NCBI GenBank assembly: GCA_963713655.1
Contig: CAVQMT010000047.1
Span: 11,520 to 75,519 of the forward strand
Direction of reading: 5' to 3'
Length of the DNA: 64,000 nt
Source of the DNA: an uncultured Acidobacteriota bacterium
Lineage (GTDB): Bacteria; Acidobacteriota; Vicinamibacteria; Vicinamibacterales; UBA2999
Below are positions 63,284 to 64,000 of the stretch, in pieces. Below the pieces are notes generated by a model. That model searched no databases and was not told the DNA's origin. It saw only the letters and a program-made list of their open reading frames with translations. Both the position numbers and the translations under genes were made by a program. How positions within the stretch are numbered: position 1 is the first letter of the stretch; each line of letters opens with the position of its first letter.

Positions 63284-64000
63284 ATGCAGGAAATCCACGC
63301 CGTCCCCGGCGCGCGGTTCATGGACCCGGTGGTGCTCGCGCGCATCGGGAACCTGGATCTCGTGTCGAAGGCGGTGGTCGACGGCTTCATCAACGGCCTG
63401 CACAAGGCGCCGTACTTCGGCGCCTCGGTGGACTTCGCCGAGCACCGCGGCTATGTGCCCGGCGACGATGTCCGCCGGATGGACTGGCGCGTGTGGGCGC
63501 GCACCGACCGGCTCTACATCAAGGAGTACGAGGCCGAGTCGAACATGAACTTCTCGGTGCTGCTGGACGTGTCGAAGTCGATGGACTACGGCAGCCGCGG
63601 CATCACCAAGCTCGACTACGCCCGCATCGTCGCCGCCTGCCTGACCAACCTGGTGCACCACCAGCGTGATCGCGTCGGCTTCGCCGCCTTCGACAACGAC
63701 GTGGTCGAGTTCGTGCCGCCGTCGGCCAAGCACATGGAGACGGTGCTGCACGTCATGGACCGGCTGAAGCCGGGTTCGCCGGGCAGCCTCAAGGCGCCGC
63801 TCCACAAGCTGGCGGAGCATTTCGGCCGCAGGGGCATCCTGGTGCTGATCTCCGACTTCTACGAGGATCCCGACACGGTGCTCGAGGCGGTGTCGCCGCT
63901 GCGGTTTCGCGGCAACGACATCATCGTGTTCCACGTCCTGGATCCCACCGAGCTCGAGTTCGGCTTCGCCGACGCGTCGCCGTTCGAGGATCTGGAAACA
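63284..64000 (+). CDS. DUF58 (vWA) protein, 3' truncated by window
   Basis: G.HKAPYFGASVDFAEHRGYVPGDD.R.MDW, LLDVSKSM, LISDFY. Confidence 0.92.
   Translation, partial: MQEIHAVPGARFMDPVVLARIGNLDLVSKAVVDGFINGLHKAPYFGASVDFAEHRGYVPGDDVRRMDWRVWARTDRLYIKEYEAESNMNFSVLLDVSKSMDYGSRGITKLDYARIVAACLTNLVHHQRDRVGFAAFDNDVVEFVPPSAKHMETVLHVMDRLKPGSPGSLKAPLHKLAEHFGRRGILVLISDFYEDPDTVLEAVSPLRFRGNDIIVFHVLDPTELEFGFADASPFEDLET

Overview
High-GC chromosomal window with about 57 genes. Gene content (DUF6152 pair, 'PDLQGIW' secreted proteins, TamB-Omp85 pair, short omega-like ORF) suggests Acidobacteriota, probably Vicinamibacterales; this is an inference. Single-base indels break most long genes, including housekeeping ones, which points to an unpolished long-read assembly, so CDS coordinates span the stitched reading frames. 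In order, the window holds: transaldolase, acyl-CoA carboxylase subunits, TrmH and an M20 peptidase; TamB plus BamA/TamA; a CPBP protease; an NtrC regulator with a histidine kinase; class II ribonucleotide reductase nrdJ with tandem NrdR boxes; an IS630 remnant and a small gene bracketed by inverted heptamer arrays; a degraded TonB-dependent receptor; CMD, crcB, glpK and DinB; a His-rich membrane protein with an acyltransferase; an IorAB-type molybdoenzyme; a cupredoxin-like protein with an HD-GYP protein; an orphan RNAP omega-like gene; MmgE/PrpD followed by a 1.4-kb islet bounded by a 52-bp duplication of its 3' end; variable-repeat coiled-coil proteins; S9 and M49 peptidases; and a DUF4159/vWA/MoxR/DUF58 locus. 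No rRNA, tRNA or CRISPR array was seen. The best leads are the direct-repeat islet, the dispersed heptamer arrays and their cassette, the orphan omega paralog, and apparent widespread leaderless transcription. No complete novel system could be demonstrated from the sequence alone.
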